A program made the translations under genes and the position numbers. The notes under the pieces were generated by a model that saw only the letters and a program-made list of their open reading frames with translations, did no database searches and was not told the origin of the DNA. Of a stretch of 64,000 bases of DNA, positions 1 through 10,974 are shown piece after piece. How positions within the stretch are numbered: the first letter of the stretch is position 1; each line of letters begins with the position of its first letter. The DNA comes from Rhodanobacter sp. FW102-FHT14D07 (lineage in GTDB: Bacteria > Pseudomonadota > Gammaproteobacteria > Xanthomonadales > Rhodanobacteraceae): contig NZ_CP170721.1 of the NCBI RefSeq assembly GCF_043950725.1, forward strand, positions 613,636 through 677,635. Reading direction: 5' to 3'.

Positions 1-448
1 CGTGGCGACAGGCCTGCACGATGTCCCAGCGGCCGCCGTAACTCACCGCGATATTCAGTTGCAGCGCCGCGTTGCCGGCGGTGCGGTCCGTCGCCGCGCG
101 CATGCGCTGGCGCAGCGGCTCGTCGAAGCTGTCCAGGTCGCCGATGAAGCGCAGGCGCACGCCGTGGCCGTGCAGTTCCTCCACTTCTTTGTCCAGCGCG
201 CGCACGAACAGGTTCATCAGCGCGCTGACCTCGTCCTGCGGGCGCTGCCAGTTTTCGCTGGAGAAGGCGAACAGGGTCAGCACCGGCACGCCTTCGCGCA
301 GGCAGGCTTCGATCACCTCGCGCACCGCGCGGCGCCCGGCGTTGTGGCCGAAGCTGCGCGGACGGTGCCGGGCGCGGGCCCAGCGCCCGTTGCCGTCCAT
401 CACGATGGCGACATGGCGGGGAACCCGGGCAGCCGTGGCGGCCGGCAT
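1..448 (-). CDS. uppS: Undecaprenyl-diphosphate synthase UppS, N-terminal part; gene runs off the left edge
   Basis: Reverse-complement translation from the ATG (complement of 446-448) reads [42 protein letters not shown]..., the HVAI(I/V)MDGNGRWA UppS signature. It lies 18 nt downstream of frr as in the conserved frr-uppS arrangement. It is absent from the ORF track because there is no stop codon inside the window. Confidence 0.8.
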   Translation of the reverse strand, partial: MPAATAARVPRHVAIVMDGNGRWARARHRPRSFGHNAGRRAVREVIEACLREGVPVLTLFAFSSENWQRPQDEVSALMNLFVRALDKEVEELHGHGVRLRFIGDLDSFDEPLRQRMRAATDRTAGNAALQLNIAVSYGGRWDIVQACRH

Positions 449-465
449 GCGGGGTGCGATGGCGC

Positions 466-1023
466 TCAGAGCGCCATCAGCTCCTCTTCCTTGGCCTTGA
501 CCACGGTATCGACGTCCTTGACCGCGCGATCGGTGAGCTTCTGGATCTCGTCGTCGAAACGGCGATCCTCGTCCTCCGTGATCTGCTTGTCCTTGAGCAG
601 GTCCTTGACCTGCTGCAGGGCATCGCGGCGCACGTTGCGGATGGCGATCTTGGCGTTCTCGCCCTCATGGCCCACGTGCTTGGCCAGCTCCTTGCGACGC
701 TCCTCGGTGAGCGCGGGCATGTTGAGCCGGATCACGGTGCCGGCGGTGGTCGGCGTGATGCCGATGTCCGATGCCATCAGGGCCTTCTCGATCGGCGCCA
801 CCATGTTTTTTTCCCACGGCGTGATGAGGATGGTGCGCGCATCGGCCAGCGTCACGGACGCGACCTGCGACAGCGGCGTTTCCGCGCCGTAATAGCTGAC
901 CTTGATGTGGTCGACCAACGTGGTGCTGGCGCGGCCGGTGCGGATACGCGTGAGGTCGTGCTTGAGCGAGTCGATGCTCTTGCCCATGCGGGCCTGGGCA
1001 TCGTTCTTGATGTCGTTGAGCAT
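466..1023 (-). CDS. frr: Ribosome recycling factor
   Basis: 185-aa translation [24 protein letters not shown]...EEELMAL is canonical RRF. Gene order is pyrH-frr-uppS. Confidence 0.95.
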   Translation of the reverse strand: MLNDIKNDAQARMGKSIDSLKHDLTRIRTGRASTTLVDHIKVSYYGAETPLSQVASVTLADARTILITPWEKNMVAPIEKALMASDIGITPTTAGTVIRLNMPALTEERRKELAKHVGHEGENAKIAIRNVRRDALQQVKDLLKDKQITEDEDRRFDDEIQKLTDRAVKDVDTVVKAKEEELMAL

Positions 1024-1092
1024 GTGTCGTACCCCGGTGAATCTGGCAACGCGTGATTATAGCAGTGGCGGGCGTCGCCCCCGCGGGCCGAC

Positions 1093-1809
1093 TCAGCCGA
1101 CCAGCGTGCCGATCGACTCGCCGCCCATGATGCGCATCAGGCTGCCGGGCACGCTCATGTCGTAGATGCGCAGCGGCATGCCGTGGTCGCGGCACAGCGC
1201 GATCGCGGCGGTGTCCATCACTTGCAGGTTGCGCTGGATCACTTCCTCGTAGCTCAGCCGCTCGTAGCGGATGGCGTGCGCGTCACGGGCGGGGTCGGCG
1301 CTGTAGACGCCGTCGACCTTGGTGGCCTTGAGCAGCAGGTCGGCGCCGACTTCCACGGCGCGCAGCGCCGCGGCCGAGTCGGTGGTGAAGAACGGATTGC
1401 CGGTGCCGGCAGCGAACAGCACGATGCGGCCCTTCTCGATGTGGCGGATCGCGCGGCGGCGGATGTAGTCCTCGGCCACGTCGTGGATCTGGATCGCGCT
1501 CATCACCCGCGCATAGCCGCCACGCTTCTCGATCGCATCGGCCATCGCCAGCGCGTTCATCACGGTGGCGAGCATGCCCATGTGGTCGCCGGTGACGCGA
1601 TCCATGCCGGCCGCGGCCAGGCCGGCGCCGCGGAAGATGTTGCCGCCGCCGATCACCACGCCCACTTCCACGCCGGCGCGGCGCACCTCGATGATCTCCT
1701 CGGCGAGCCGGCCGATCACGTTCGGATCAATGCCGTAGTCGGCCTCGCCCATCAGCGCTTCACCGGAGAGCTTGAGCAGGATGCGGTGGTACTTGGGCTG
1801 GGTGCTCAT
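1093..1809 (-). CDS. pyrH: UMP kinase
   Basis: The ORF contains [19 protein letters not shown]...[15 protein letters not shown], which are UMP kinase motifs. The start is taken at the internal Met (complement of 1807-1809), preceded by a GGAG ribosome-binding site; the track ORF extends to 1914. Confidence 0.92.
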   Translation of the reverse strand: MSTQPKYHRILLKLSGEALMGEADYGIDPNVIGRLAEEIIEVRRAGVEVGVVIGGGNIFRGAGLAAAGMDRVTGDHMGMLATVMNALAMADAIEKRGGYARVMSAIQIHDVAEDYIRRRAIRHIEKGRIVLFAAGTGNPFFTTDSAAALRAVEVGADLLLKATKVDGVYSADPARDAHAIRYERLSYEEVIQRNLQVMDTAAIALCRDHGMPLRIYDMSVPGSLMRIMGGESIGTLVG

Positions 1810-1925
1810 GGGTTCTCCGGATTGTGGGGGCAAACCGCCACATTGTAGCGGCAGAGCCGCTCTCGGGTAAGCTTGCGTCGGTCGATTGAAGTCGCCGTGA
1901 CGGATTCGGTTCAAGGAGCGAACGG

Positions 1926-2519
1926 GTGGGGTGGAACACGCTTTATTACGGGGTCCCGGCGCCGTCGCGCGGGCGACGCATCGCCATCCACGGCACGCTG
2001 ATCGTGATGGCCCTGGCGTTCTACGGCGGCTGGATCGACTTCCTGCCCGAGCCGTGGGTGGAACGATCCAGCTTCTACGTGGCGCTGGTGCTTGGCGTGG
2101 CGGTCACGGTGTGGCTCGCGTGGGTCAATCTCACCGGACGCAACGAAGCCTATCAGGGCGGTACCGCCAAAATGCTCCTGGCGGCACCGTTCTGCGCTGC
2201 CTTGGCTGCAGGCTTCATCTGGTGCGCGCTGGCGCATGGGGTGGCGGGCGGGGTCACGCGAATGCTAGGCGATGCCGCATTCCTGCCGCCGGTGCAGATG
2301 CACACCGTTCACCGCCGGCGGCGCCGGGAATGCGACTACCAGTTGAGGGGCGGCCCCATGACCGGCTTCCTGTTCGACCACCTTTGCACCAGTTCGGCCT
2401 ATTACGAGGCCCATCCGCGCCATCGCGTGGAGGTGGCGCTGGGAGGCTTTCGCGGGCGGCTGGGGTTCTACGTCACGCAGTTCGGCCATCGTCGCGACCT
2501 GGGCGCCTACCGGGATTGA
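1926..2519 (+). CDS. Hypothetical integral membrane protein, opposite strand, between pyrH and tsf
   Basis: 197-aa ORF with three or four hydrophobic helices ([66 protein letters not shown]). It occupies the otherwise empty 875-nt gap in the rpsB-tsf / pyrH-frr cluster. No recognisable family. Confidence 0.4.
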   Translation: MGWNTLYYGVPAPSRGRRIAIHGTLIVMALAFYGGWIDFLPEPWVERSSFYVALVLGVAVTVWLAWVNLTGRNEAYQGGTAKMLLAAPFCAALAAGFIWCALAHGVAGGVTRMLGDAAFLPPVQMHTVHRRRRRECDYQLRGGPMTGFLFDHLCTSSAYYEAHPRHRVEVALGGFRGRLGFYVTQFGHRRDLGAYRD

Positions 2520-2530
2520 CCGCGACAACG

Positions 2531-2557
2531 AAAAGGGCCGCGGTTTCCCGCGGCCCC
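2531..2557 (-). terminator. Rho-independent terminator downstream of tsf
   Basis: GGGCCGCGG-TTTC-CCGCGGCCC hairpin (2536-2557). On the minus-strand transcript it is followed by CUUUUCGUU (complement of 2531-2535 and beyond). Confidence 0.55.
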
Positions 2558-2684
2558 TGGTTCGAAGCACCCGCTCTTTCTGAAAGTCCGGCCATGGCGA
2601 GGGCATGGATGCCCGAGGTGAGGCAACGCAGGAGCGGTTGCCCGATGGCCGGTCTTTGCCGTCAGGGATGACGGGTACTTCGGA

Positions 2685-3566
2685 TTACCTCAAGCCTGCC
2701 TGCTTCATGACTTCGGCGGCGAAATCCTCTTCCACCTTCTCGATGCCTTCGCCGACGGCCAGGCGGACGACCGAGATGACGTCGGCGCCTTCCTTCTTCA
2801 GCGCCTCGGCGACCGTGACGTTGGTGTCCAGCACGTAGGGCTGGCCCAGCAGGGTGACTTCGGAAACGATCTTGTGGATCTTGCCGCTGATGATCTTCTC
2901 CAGGATCTCGGCCGGCTTGGCCTTGTCCTTCTCGGACATCAGGCTCAGCGCGATTTCCTTCTCCTTGGCGACGAACTCGGCCGGCACGTCCTCGGCGCGG
3001 ACGTGCGCCGGGTTCATCGCCGCCACGTGCATGGCGATGCCTTTGGCCAGCTCCTCGGAGCCGCCCTTGAGCGACACCAGCACGCCGATGCGACCGCCAT
3101 GGATGTAGTTGCCGATCACGCCGTCGTTCTCGATGCGGGCCATGCGGCGTACGTCGATCTTCTCGCCGATGGTGGCGATCAGCGCCTTGGCCGCGTCCTC
3201 GACGGTGCCGCCGCCGGGATAGGCGGCTGCCTTGAGCGCGTCGATATCGGCGGCGCCGGACTTCAGCGCGACTTCGGCGACGGCGTCGCTGAACTTCAGG
3301 AAGCTCGCGTCCTTGCCCACGAAGTCGGTTTCGCAGTTGATCTCGACCAGTACGGCCTTGCCGCTGGCCTGGTCGGTGACGATGCGGCCTTCGGCGGCGA
3401 TGCGGCTGGCTTTCTTGTCGGCCTTGGCGAGGCCGGACTTGCGCAGCCACTCCATGGCGGCGTCGAGGTCGCCGTTGTTCTCCACCAGCGCCTTCTTGCA
3501 TTCCATCATGCCGGCGCCGGACCGCTCGCGCAGCTCCTTCACCATCTGGGCGGAAATATTGCTCAT
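2685..3566 (-). CDS. tsf: Elongation factor Ts
   Basis: Translation [45 protein letters not shown]... is canonical EF-Ts. The start is at the internal Met (complement of 3564-3566); the track ORF extends to 3602. Confidence 0.95.
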   Translation of the reverse strand: MSNISAQMVKELRERSGAGMMECKKALVENNGDLDAAMEWLRKSGLAKADKKASRIAAEGRIVTDQASGKAVLVEINCETDFVGKDASFLKFSDAVAEVALKSGAADIDALKAAAYPGGGTVEDAAKALIATIGEKIDVRRMARIENDGVIGNYIHGGRIGVLVSLKGGSEELAKGIAMHVAAMNPAHVRAEDVPAEFVAKEKEIALSLMSEKDKAKPAEILEKIISGKIHKIVSEVTLLGQPYVLDTNVTVAEALKKEGADVISVVRLAVGEGIEKVEEDFAAEVMKQAGLR

Positions 3567-3665
3567 CGGTAGTTCTCCAATGCTTGGATGGCGCGACGGC
3601 AAGCAAACGCCGTCACGCGTTGATCTCGGCAGCCTGGCGGCGGTCGGCGACCGCCGCCTCGGCGC

Positions 3666-4526
3666 TTACTTGGCGGGCGCGCCTTCGTTGCGCGGGCCAC
3701 GGCCGCCGTCGCGACCGCCGTCGCGGCGCGGCGCGGACTTGCGCGGGGCAGCCTCGCGGCGCGGGCGATCGACCTTGGCCACCGGGTTGCCTTCCTCGTC
3801 CAGCTCGACGAAGTCGTTGCCGTCGCCCTGGGCGGCGGCCGGCGCGGCGGCCTTGCCTTCGAGGATCGAGTCGGCGGCGGCGCGGGCATACAGCTGGATC
3901 GCGCGGATCGCGTCGTCGTTGCCCGGGATGGCGTAGTCGACCAGCTCCGGGTTGTAGTTGGTGTCGACCACGGCGATCACCGGGATGCCGAGCTTCTTGG
4001 CTTCCTGCACGGCGATGTCTTCGTGGCCGATGTCGATCACGAACAGCGCGTCGGGCAGGCGGTTCATGTCCTTGATGCCGCCCAGCGAGGCCTGCAGCTT
4101 GTCGCGCTCGCGGCGACGGGCCAGCACTTCGTGCTTGACCAGCTTGTCGAAGCTGCCGTCGGTCTCGGCTGCTTCCAGCTCCTTCAGGCGCGAAACGGAC
4201 TGCTTCACGGTGCGGAAGTTGGTCAGCATGCCGCCGAGCCAGCGCGAGGTGACGAACGGCATGCCGGCGCGGGCAGCCTCTTCGGCCAACGGCTCGCGGG
4301 CCGAACGCTTGGTGCCGACGAACAGGATGGTGCCGCGCTTCTGCGCCAGGCCCGACAGGAAATTCATCGCGTCGGTGAACAGCGGCAGGGTCTTTTCGAG
4401 ATTGATGATGTGGATCTTGCCGCGGGCACCGAAGATGTACGGGGCCATCTTGGGATTCCAGTAACGGGTCTGATGACCGAAATGGACGCCGGCTTCCAGC
4501 ATCTGACGCATGGTGACTTGTGCCAT
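3666..4526 (-). CDS. rpsB: 30S ribosomal protein S2, with basic/Gly-rich C-terminal tail
   Basis: [46 protein letters not shown]... matches S2. It lies upstream of tsf as in the conserved rpsB-tsf operon. Confidence 0.95.
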   Translation of the reverse strand: MAQVTMRQMLEAGVHFGHQTRYWNPKMAPYIFGARGKIHIINLEKTLPLFTDAMNFLSGLAQKRGTILFVGTKRSAREPLAEEAARAGMPFVTSRWLGGMLTNFRTVKQSVSRLKELEAAETDGSFDKLVKHEVLARRRERDKLQASLGGIKDMNRLPDALFVIDIGHEDIAVQEAKKLGIPVIAVVDTNYNPELVDYAIPGNDDAIRAIQLYARAAADSILEGKAAAPAAAQGDGNDFVELDEEGNPVAKVDRPRREAAPRKSAPRRDGGRDGGRGPRNEGAPAK

Positions 4527-4841
4527 GGGTGTCGCTCCGATTGTCGGTTCCCTCGAGAAGGAACCTGGGGGTTGGGACCTCCACGCATCCCCGGCTTCGA
4601 CCGCGACTGGCCCGATTTTGACGGTGGGCGAGGCGCGGCACCCCGAAGGCGGTGCCGATGCGTGTGTGGCGTTGGTTTGGGTGTTGTACCGCTGGGCGTT
4701 ACAATCCCGGCTCGCTTTGCGTGGATCGACTCCCGCTCGGGAGGCATCAGCCCTGCAAAACTCCGAAATTGTAGCCGGTACGCCGGCGGTGCGGCAAGTC
4801 TCTGGATTTCAAGGAGTTCTGTCGCCACATGAGTGGAATCC

Positions 4842-5606
4842 ATGGCCATTACCCTGAAATCTCCCGAAGACCTTGAAGGCATGCGCGTCGCCGGCAAGCT
4901 GGCTGCCGAAGTGCTGGCCATGCTCAAGGACTACGTCAAGCCCGGCGTCACCACCGAGGAGTTGGACCGCCGCGCCTACGAGCACATCGTCAACGTGCAG
5001 AAGGCGATTCCCGCCAACGTCGGCTATCACGGCTTCCCCAAGACCCTGTGCACCTCGGTCAACCACGTGATCTGCCACGGCATCCCGAGCGAGGGCAAGG
5101 TGCTCAAGGACGGCGACATCGTCAACCTCGACGTCACCGTGATCAAGGACGGCTGGCACGGCGACACCAGTCGCATGTACGTCGCCGGCACCCCGTCGGT
5201 GCTGGCCAAACGGCTGGTGGATACGACTTTCGAGGCGATGATGCGCGGCATCGAGGCGGTGCGTCCCGGCGCCACGCTTGGGGATATCGGCCACGCCATC
5301 CAGCAGCATGCCGAGGCGGCCGGTTTCAGCGTGGTCAAGGAGTACTGCGGCCACGGCATCGGCAAGGTCTATCACGACGAGCCGCAGGTGCTGCATTACG
5401 GCAAGCCCGGCACCGGCGTCGAGTTGAAGAAGGGCATGACCTTCACCATCGAGCCGATGATCAACGCCGGCAAGCCGCAGACGCGCCAGATGCCCGACGG
5501 CTGGACCGTGGTGACCAAGGACCATTCGCTGTCCGCCCAGTGGGAACACACCCTGGCGGTGACCGACGACGGCTTCGAGATCCTCACGCCCTGGCCGGAT
5601 GCGTGA
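4842..5606 (+). CDS. map: Methionine aminopeptidase type I
   Basis: MAITLKSPEDLEGMRVAGKLAAEVL...HGIGKVYHDEPQVLHYG...EHT is MetAP-I with its metal ligands. It diverges from rpsB as in E. coli. An alternative start at 4833 is possible. Confidence 0.92.
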   Translation: MAITLKSPEDLEGMRVAGKLAAEVLAMLKDYVKPGVTTEELDRRAYEHIVNVQKAIPANVGYHGFPKTLCTSVNHVICHGIPSEGKVLKDGDIVNLDVTVIKDGWHGDTSRMYVAGTPSVLAKRLVDTTFEAMMRGIEAVRPGATLGDIGHAIQQHAEAAGFSVVKEYCGHGIGKVYHDEPQVLHYGKPGTGVELKKGMTFTIEPMINAGKPQTRQMPDGWTVVTKDHSLSAQWEHTLAVTDDGFEILTPWPDA

Positions 5607-5732
5607 AGCAGGAGTGAGTGGGGAGGAGTGAGAAAAGAGAGCCGGACGCGCGGCGCCGGCGCCGGATGCCATGCAGACATGGCAGACTGCCTTCTCTCAT
5701 TCCGCACTCCTCTCCACTCACTTCTCGCTCCA

Positions 5733-8366
5733 ATGAATTCAGCGCTCCCTCCCTTGCCGCGCCTGCCCGTGGCAGTGCCGCGCTCCGGCGTTTCGGCCGA
5801 GGCGCGGCGGGCGTTGCGGCAGTTGCTGGAGGATGTGGATCGCGGGTTGGCTACGGCGTTTCGCGACGGCATGGATGCCAGTGCGTTGGCGCGGCGGCGC
5901 GGCGAGTCGGTGGCGCGGGTGGTTGCGCATGTGTGGGCAGCCTGCCTCGGTGAGGTAGCCGGCGCGGCGCTGTTCGCGATTGGCGGCTTTGGCCGCGGCC
6001 TGCTGTTTCCGTACTCGGATGTGGACCTGCTGGCGCTGGCGGCGGCACCCGAGCCTGCGCGCCTGCGGGCACTGGAGCAGTTCTTCGCTACCTTGTGGGA
6101 CATCGGCCTGAAAGTGGGCCACGCCGTGCGCGAACCAGCGCAATGCCGGGCGCTGGCCGCGCAGGACGCCAGCGTATTCACCAGCCTGCTCGACGCGCGA
6201 CGGCTGACCGGCGATCCGGCCTTCGATGCGCAACTGCGGGGCATCGTTGACGACCCGGCGTTGTGGCCGCCGCGCGAGTACCTCGCCGCCCGGCTGGCCG
6301 AGCGCAACGCGCGGCACGCCCGTTACGACGACACTGCCTACAACCTCGAACCGAACCTCAAGGACGGGCCCGGCGGCCTGCGTACGCTCGACTCGCTGCG
6401 CTGGATGGGGCGACGCCTGGCGCACGCGGACGGGTTGTCGGGGATGGTCGCCGAGGGGCTGCTCGATCCGGCCGAGCAAGCCCAGCTGGAACAAGCCGAA
6501 TCGACGCTGCGCCGTTACCGCTATGCCCTGCATCTGGAAGCGGGACGGGCCGAGGAGCGGCTGCTGTTCGACTATCAGCAGGCGCTGGCCGCACGCCTGG
6601 GATTCCAGGACGAGCACGAGAAGAACCTCGGCGTCGAACAGTTCATGCAGGGCTACTACCGCGCAGCCAGCCAGGTCGAGCGGCTAGGCGTGCAGGTGGC
6701 CGAGCGCTTCGAGGAGATGCTGGAGCCTCCCGCGGCGGAGCAGCCGGTGGGCGACGATTTCGTGCGCTACGGCGCGCGCCTGGCCGCGCGCGATCCGGAA
6801 TTGTTCATGCGCCGGCCCGCGGCGCTGGTGGAGATTTTCATCGCCCGGCTGGAGCAGTCCGGCGTGCTGGGCTTCAGTGCCGACACCATGCGCCGCATCC
6901 ATCAGGCGACCGACGCCCATGGCGCGGCGCTGGCCCGGGACGAGGAGGTGCTGGCCGCGTTCCTGCGCCTGTTGCGGCGAGGTGCGCCGGCGGTGGAGGC
7001 GTTGTGGCGGATGAACCGGCACGGCCTGTTGGCGGCGATCCTGCCGGCGTTCGGCAAGGTGTTCGGGCGCATGCAGTACGACCTGTTCCATGTCTACACG
7101 GTCGACGAACACACCTTGCGCGTGTTGCGCAACATGGCGCGCTTCGCCGAGCCGGCGGCACGGGGCGAGTTCCCGCTTGGCTGCGAGATCTGGGCCATGC
7201 TGCCCAAGCCCGAGGTGCTGCTGCTGGCGGCGTTGTTCCACGACATCGCCAAGGGTCGCGGCGGCGACCATTCGGTGCTGGGCGAACAGGATGCGCGGGA
7301 TTTCTGCACGCGCCTGGGGCTCCCCTCCGGCGACGTCGAACGGGTCGCCTGGCTGGTGCGCCATCACCTGCTGATGAGCACCACGGCGCAACGCCAGGAC
7401 ATCACCGATCCCGAGGTGGTGCACCGCTTCGCCGAGACGGTGGGCGAGCGGGAGCAGCTCGGCCAGCTCTACCTGCTGACCATTGCCGACATCACCGGCA
7501 CCAGCCCGCGCCTGTGGAACAGCTGGAAGGATCGCCTGCTGGCCGATCTCTGCACCAGCACCCGCCATGCCCTGCGCAGCGACGTCGAGTTGCCGCGCGA
7601 CGCCGGCGTGCGCGTGCGCAAATGCAGCGCGCAGGCGCTGGCGCGGCTGCAGGAGGATGGCTTCGACGAAGCCCGGGTGCGGCAGGTCTGGGGGGATTTT
7701 CCGCAACTCAGCTTCCTGCGCCATCGGCCCGAGCAGATCGCGTGGCAGACCGCGGCGATCCTGCGCGCGCAGGGTGCGGTGCCGCTGGTCGCGGTGGAAC
7801 CGTTGTCGGTACGCGGCAGCACCGAGCTGTTCGTCTACACGCCCGATCGGGACGGCCTGTTCGCCACCGTGACGGCGATGCTGGATCGGCTGCGCTTTTC
7901 GGTGATGGAGTCGCGCATCCTCAGCTCGCCCACCGGCATGGCGCTGGATACCTTCCTGTTGCTCGAAGCCGACAGCCAGCAACCGGCCAGTCCCGCGCGT
8001 GCCGAAGAGTTGCAGCAGCGCCTGCAGCGCGCACTCGCGCAAGCGGTGGGCGTGCAGCCGAGCAAGCGCAGCATGTCGCGCCATCAGAAGCATTTCCAGG
8101 TGACGCCGAAGATCAGCTTCCACGCCGCCGGCGGCCGCACCCAGTTGGCATTGGCGGGGACCGACCGGCCCGGTCTGCTGGCGGCGGTGGCGCAGGTGAT
8201 GCTGAGCGAGGACGTACGCGTGCACGACGCACGCATCGCCACCTTCGGCGAGCGGGTGGAGGACTTCTTCCTGCTGACCGACCGCGCCAACGCGCCGCTC
8301 GATGCGCAGCACCAGCAGCGCCTGCTGCAGGCGTTGCTGGCGCGGATCGGTCCCGCGCGCGAGTGA
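5733..8366 (+). CDS. glnD: Bifunctional [protein-PII] uridylyltransferase/uridylyl-removing enzyme
   Basis: About 880 aa with a nucleotidyltransferase N-terminus, an HD domain (LLAALFHDIAKGRGGDHSVLGEQDA) and two C-terminal ACT-like repeats. It follows map as in many gammaproteobacteria. The start is taken at MNSALPPLP; the track ORF begins at 5628. Confidence 0.9.
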   Translation: MNSALPPLPRLPVAVPRSGVSAEARRALRQLLEDVDRGLATAFRDGMDASALARRRGESVARVVAHVWAACLGEVAGAALFAIGGFGRGLLFPYSDVDLLALAAAPEPARLRALEQFFATLWDIGLKVGHAVREPAQCRALAAQDASVFTSLLDARRLTGDPAFDAQLRGIVDDPALWPPREYLAARLAERNARHARYDDTAYNLEPNLKDGPGGLRTLDSLRWMGRRLAHADGLSGMVAEGLLDPAEQAQLEQAESTLRRYRYALHLEAGRAEERLLFDYQQALAARLGFQDEHEKNLGVEQFMQGYYRAASQVERLGVQVAERFEEMLEPPAAEQPVGDDFVRYGARLAARDPELFMRRPAALVEIFIARLEQSGVLGFSADTMRRIHQATDAHGAALARDEEVLAAFLRLLRRGAPAVEALWRMNRHGLLAAILPAFGKVFGRMQYDLFHVYTVDEHTLRVLRNMARFAEPAARGEFPLGCEIWAMLPKPEVLLLAALFHDIAKGRGGDHSVLGEQDARDFCTRLGLPSGDVERVAWLVRHHLLMSTTAQRQDITDPEVVHRFAETVGEREQLGQLYLLTIADITGTSPRLWNSWKDRLLADLCTSTRHALRSDVELPRDAGVRVRKCSAQALARLQEDGFDEARVRQVWGDFPQLSFLRHRPEQIAWQTAAILRAQGAVPLVAVEPLSVRGSTELFVYTPDRDGLFATVTAMLDRLRFSVMESRILSSPTGMALDTFLLLEADSQQPASPARAEELQQRLQRALAQAVGVQPSKRSMSRHQKHFQVTPKISFHAAGGRTQLALAGTDRPGLLAAVAQVMLSEDVRVHDARIATFGERVEDFFLLTDRANAPLDAQHQQRLLQALLARIGPARE

Positions 8367-8427
8367 AGCGGGCGGCTCGCGCTATCATGCCCGCCGCTGC
8401 GCGAGGCAGCGGCCACGCCCATTCGTC

Positions 8428-8877
8428 ATGACCTATCTGTTGATCAAATCGTTGCACCTGCTGTTCGTGATCGCCTGGATGGCCACGGTGTTCTACCTGC
8501 CGCGCATCCTGGTGAACATGGCCGAAGCGGCGAACGAGCCGGCGGTGCAGGCGCGGCTGCAGCTGATGGGGCGTCGGCTGTACAAGTTCGGCCACAACAT
8601 GTTCGGCATCGCGTTCCTGTTCGGCCTGGTGCTGTGGCAGGGTTGGCGGGTATTCCCGCAGAGCCTGCCGAACGTGGCCTCCGGCACGCACTGGATCGAC
8701 GCCAAACTGACCCTCGTCGCGTTGTTGCTGGTCTACTTCACCTGGGCTGGGCGATTGCTCAAGCGCAGCGCAAAGGGCCTTGCGTTGCCCTCGGCGCGCA
8801 CGTTGCGCTGGCTCAACGAGCTGCCGGTGCTGTTGCTGCTGGGCGTGATCTGGCTGGTGCTGGCCAAGCCGTTCTGA
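8428..8877 (+). CDS. hemJ: Protoporphyrinogen IX oxidase HemJ-like (UPF0093/CopD-like) membrane protein
   Basis: 150-aa protein with four transmembrane helices: MTYLLIKSLHLLFVIAWMATVFYLPRILVNMAEA...FGHNMFGIAFLFGLVLW. This is typical HemJ family size and sequence. Confidence 0.75.
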   Translation: MTYLLIKSLHLLFVIAWMATVFYLPRILVNMAEAANEPAVQARLQLMGRRLYKFGHNMFGIAFLFGLVLWQGWRVFPQSLPNVASGTHWIDAKLTLVALLLVYFTWAGRLLKRSAKGLALPSARTLRWLNELPVLLLLGVIWLVLAKPF

Positions 8878-9026
8878 GGCTCTCCGCGACGCGCACGATC
8901 TGGGCTAGACTAGGATTTCGGCACCATCCACGAGACCAAGGTGGCCCGCGCTTGCGCCGGCCGAGTGTGCGACATGACGACTACGTGCTGCCACGACTGA
9001 CCGCCACCACGCCTTCGTTTGTCAAA

Positions 9027-9050
9027 GAAAGGGCGTCACGCCCTTTTTTG
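9027..9050 (+). terminator. Terminator-like hairpin plus T-run 20 nt upstream of the thrS start; hemJ terminator and/or thrS leader attenuator
   Basis: AAAGGGCGTCACGCCCTTTTTTG: a 5-bp GC stem with a T6 run at 9044-9049. Confidence 0.5.
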
Positions 9051-9072
9051 CTTTTCAAGAGAAGCTTTCGCG

Positions 9073-10974
9073 ATGATCGAGATTACGCTCCCCGACGGCA
9101 GCAAGAAGCCGTTCGAACACCCCGTCACCGTGCAGGACGTGGCCGCTTCGATCGGCGCCGGCCTGGCCAAGGCCACGCTGGCCGGCAAGGTCGACGGCAA
9201 GCTGGTCGACGCCAGCTTCCCGATCGAACACGATGCCAGCCTGCAGATCGTCACCGAGAAGAGCCCGGAGGCGCTGGAGATCCTGCGCCACTCCACCGCG
9301 CACCTGATGGGCCAGGCCGTGCAGCGGCTGTTTCCCGGCGCGCAGGTCACCATCGGCCCGGTGATCGACAACGGCTTCTACTACGACTTCGCCTACGAAC
9401 GCCCGTTCACGCCCGAGGATCTGCCGAAGATCGAGGCGGAGATGCACAAGATCGTGGCCGAGCAATTGCCGGTCACGCGCAGCGTGAAATCACGCGACGA
9501 GGCGGTGGCGTTCTTCCGCGGCCTGGGCGAGAACTACAAGGCCGAGATCATCGAGGGCATCCCGGCCGACCAGGATCTGTCGCTGTATTCGCAGGGCGAA
9601 TTCACCGACCTGTGCCGGGGGCCGCACGTGCCGAACACCGGCAAGCTGCATTCGTTCAAGCTGATGAAGGTGGCTGGCGCGTACTGGCGCGGCGACTCGA
9701 GCAACGCGATGCTCAGCCGCATCTACGGTACCGCCTGGCTCAACGACAAGGACCTGAAGGCCTACCTGTTCCAGCTGGAAGAGGCCGAGAAGCGCGACCA
9801 TCGCAAGATCGGCAAGCAGCTGGACCTGTTCCACCAGCAGGAAGAGAGCCCCGGCATGGTGTTCTGGCACCCGAACGGCTGGGCGATCTGGCAGCAGGTC
9901 GAGCAGTACATGCGCGGCGTGTACCGCAGCAGCGGTTACCAGGAGGTGCGTTGCCCGATGGTGCTGGACGTGTCGTTGTGGAAAAAGTCGGGGCACTGGG
10001 ACAATTACAAGGAGAACATGTTCTTCACCGAGTCGGAGAAGCACACCTTCGCGCTGCGCCCGATGAACTGCCCTGGCCACGTGCAGATCTTCAATGAGGG
10101 CCTGCGCAGCTACCGCGACCTGCCGCTGCGCTATGGCGAGTTCGGCGGCTGCCATCGCAACGAGCCGTCCGGCGCGCTGCACGGCATCATGCGCGTGCGC
10201 GCGTTCACCCAGGACGACGGCCACATCTTCTGCACGCCCGGGCAGATCGAGCCGGAGGTCACCGCCTTTCACCGGCAGGCGATGCAGGTCTACGCCGATT
10301 TCGGTTTCGACAAGATCGAGGTGGCTCTGGCGCTGCGCCCGGACCAGCGCATCGGCGACGACGAGGTATGGGATCGGGCCGAGGCTGCGCTGCGGGGTGC
10401 CTTGGCGGCTGCCGGGGTAACCTGGACCGAGCTGCCGGGCGAGGGCGCCTTCTACGGCCCCAAGATCGAGTACCACATGCGCGATTCGATCGGCCGCGAC
10501 TGGCAGGTCGGCACCATGCAGGTGGATTTCATGATGCCCGAGCGGCTGGGCGCCGAATACGTGGACGAGCACTCCCAGAAGCAGCATCCGGTGATGCTGC
10601 ACCGGGCCATCGTGGGGTCCATGGAGCGTTTCATCGGCATCCTGATCGAGCACCATGCCGGCCTGCTGCCGACCTGGCTGGCGCCGGTCCAGGCGATGGT
10701 GTTCAGCATTACCGATGCGCAGGCCGGTTACGTTCGCGAGGTCACGCAAGCCCTTGTCGACAAAGGTTTCCGGGTACAATCGGATTTGCGCAACGAGAAA
10801 GTCGGCTATAAAATCCGCGAACATACGATGCAGAAAGTGCCTTATCTGCTCGTGGTCGGCGACCGCGAGAAAGAGACGGGCGCGGTTTCTGTCCGTACCC
10901 GTTCCGGCGAGGATCTGGGCAGCATGCCGCTGGCCGATTTCATCGGGCGACTGGAGACCGAAACCCGGCGTTGA
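9073..10974 (+). CDS. thrS: Threonyl-tRNA synthetase
   Basis: [42 protein letters not shown]... is the TGS domain. Editing-domain, class II catalytic and anticodon-binding regions follow. It begins the thrS-infC-rpmI-rplT-pheST operon. Confidence 0.95.
   Translation: MIEITLPDGSKKPFEHPVTVQDVAASIGAGLAKATLAGKVDGKLVDASFPIEHDASLQIVTEKSPEALEILRHSTAHLMGQAVQRLFPGAQVTIGPVIDNGFYYDFAYERPFTPEDLPKIEAEMHKIVAEQLPVTRSVKSRDEAVAFFRGLGENYKAEIIEGIPADQDLSLYSQGEFTDLCRGPHVPNTGKLHSFKLMKVAGAYWRGDSSNAMLSRIYGTAWLNDKDLKAYLFQLEEAEKRDHRKIGKQLDLFHQQEESPGMVFWHPNGWAIWQQVEQYMRGVYRSSGYQEVRCPMVLDVSLWKKSGHWDNYKENMFFTESEKHTFALRPMNCPGHVQIFNEGLRSYRDLPLRYGEFGGCHRNEPSGALHGIMRVRAFTQDDGHIFCTPGQIEPEVTAFHRQAMQVYADFGFDKIEVALALRPDQRIGDDEVWDRAEAALRGALAAAGVTWTELPGEGAFYGPKIEYHMRDSIGRDWQVGTMQVDFMMPERLGAEYVDEHSQKQHPVMLHRAIVGSMERFIGILIEHHAGLLPTWLAPVQAMVFSITDAQAGYVREVTQALVDKGFRVQSDLRNEKVGYKIREHTMQKVPYLLVVGDREKETGAVSVRTRSGEDLGSMPLADFIGRLETETRR

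Noticed and set aside
2-892. 296-aa plus-strand ORF at the left edge
   Set aside because: Antisense to the clearly recognisable uppS and frr genes. Ala/Arg-rich with no family features, a typical high-GC shadow ORF.
2662-3606. 314-aa Arg/Gly-rich minus-strand ORF
   Set aside because: Alternative frame of the tsf gene. Low-complexity R/G/P composition is characteristic of an out-of-frame read of a GC-rich gene.
6263-8431. 722-aa plus-strand ORF, plus several 290-540-aa minus-strand ORFs, across 5396-8312
   Set aside because: All overlap glnD, whose frame has coherent NTase, HD and ACT homology. These are off-frame or antisense artefacts.
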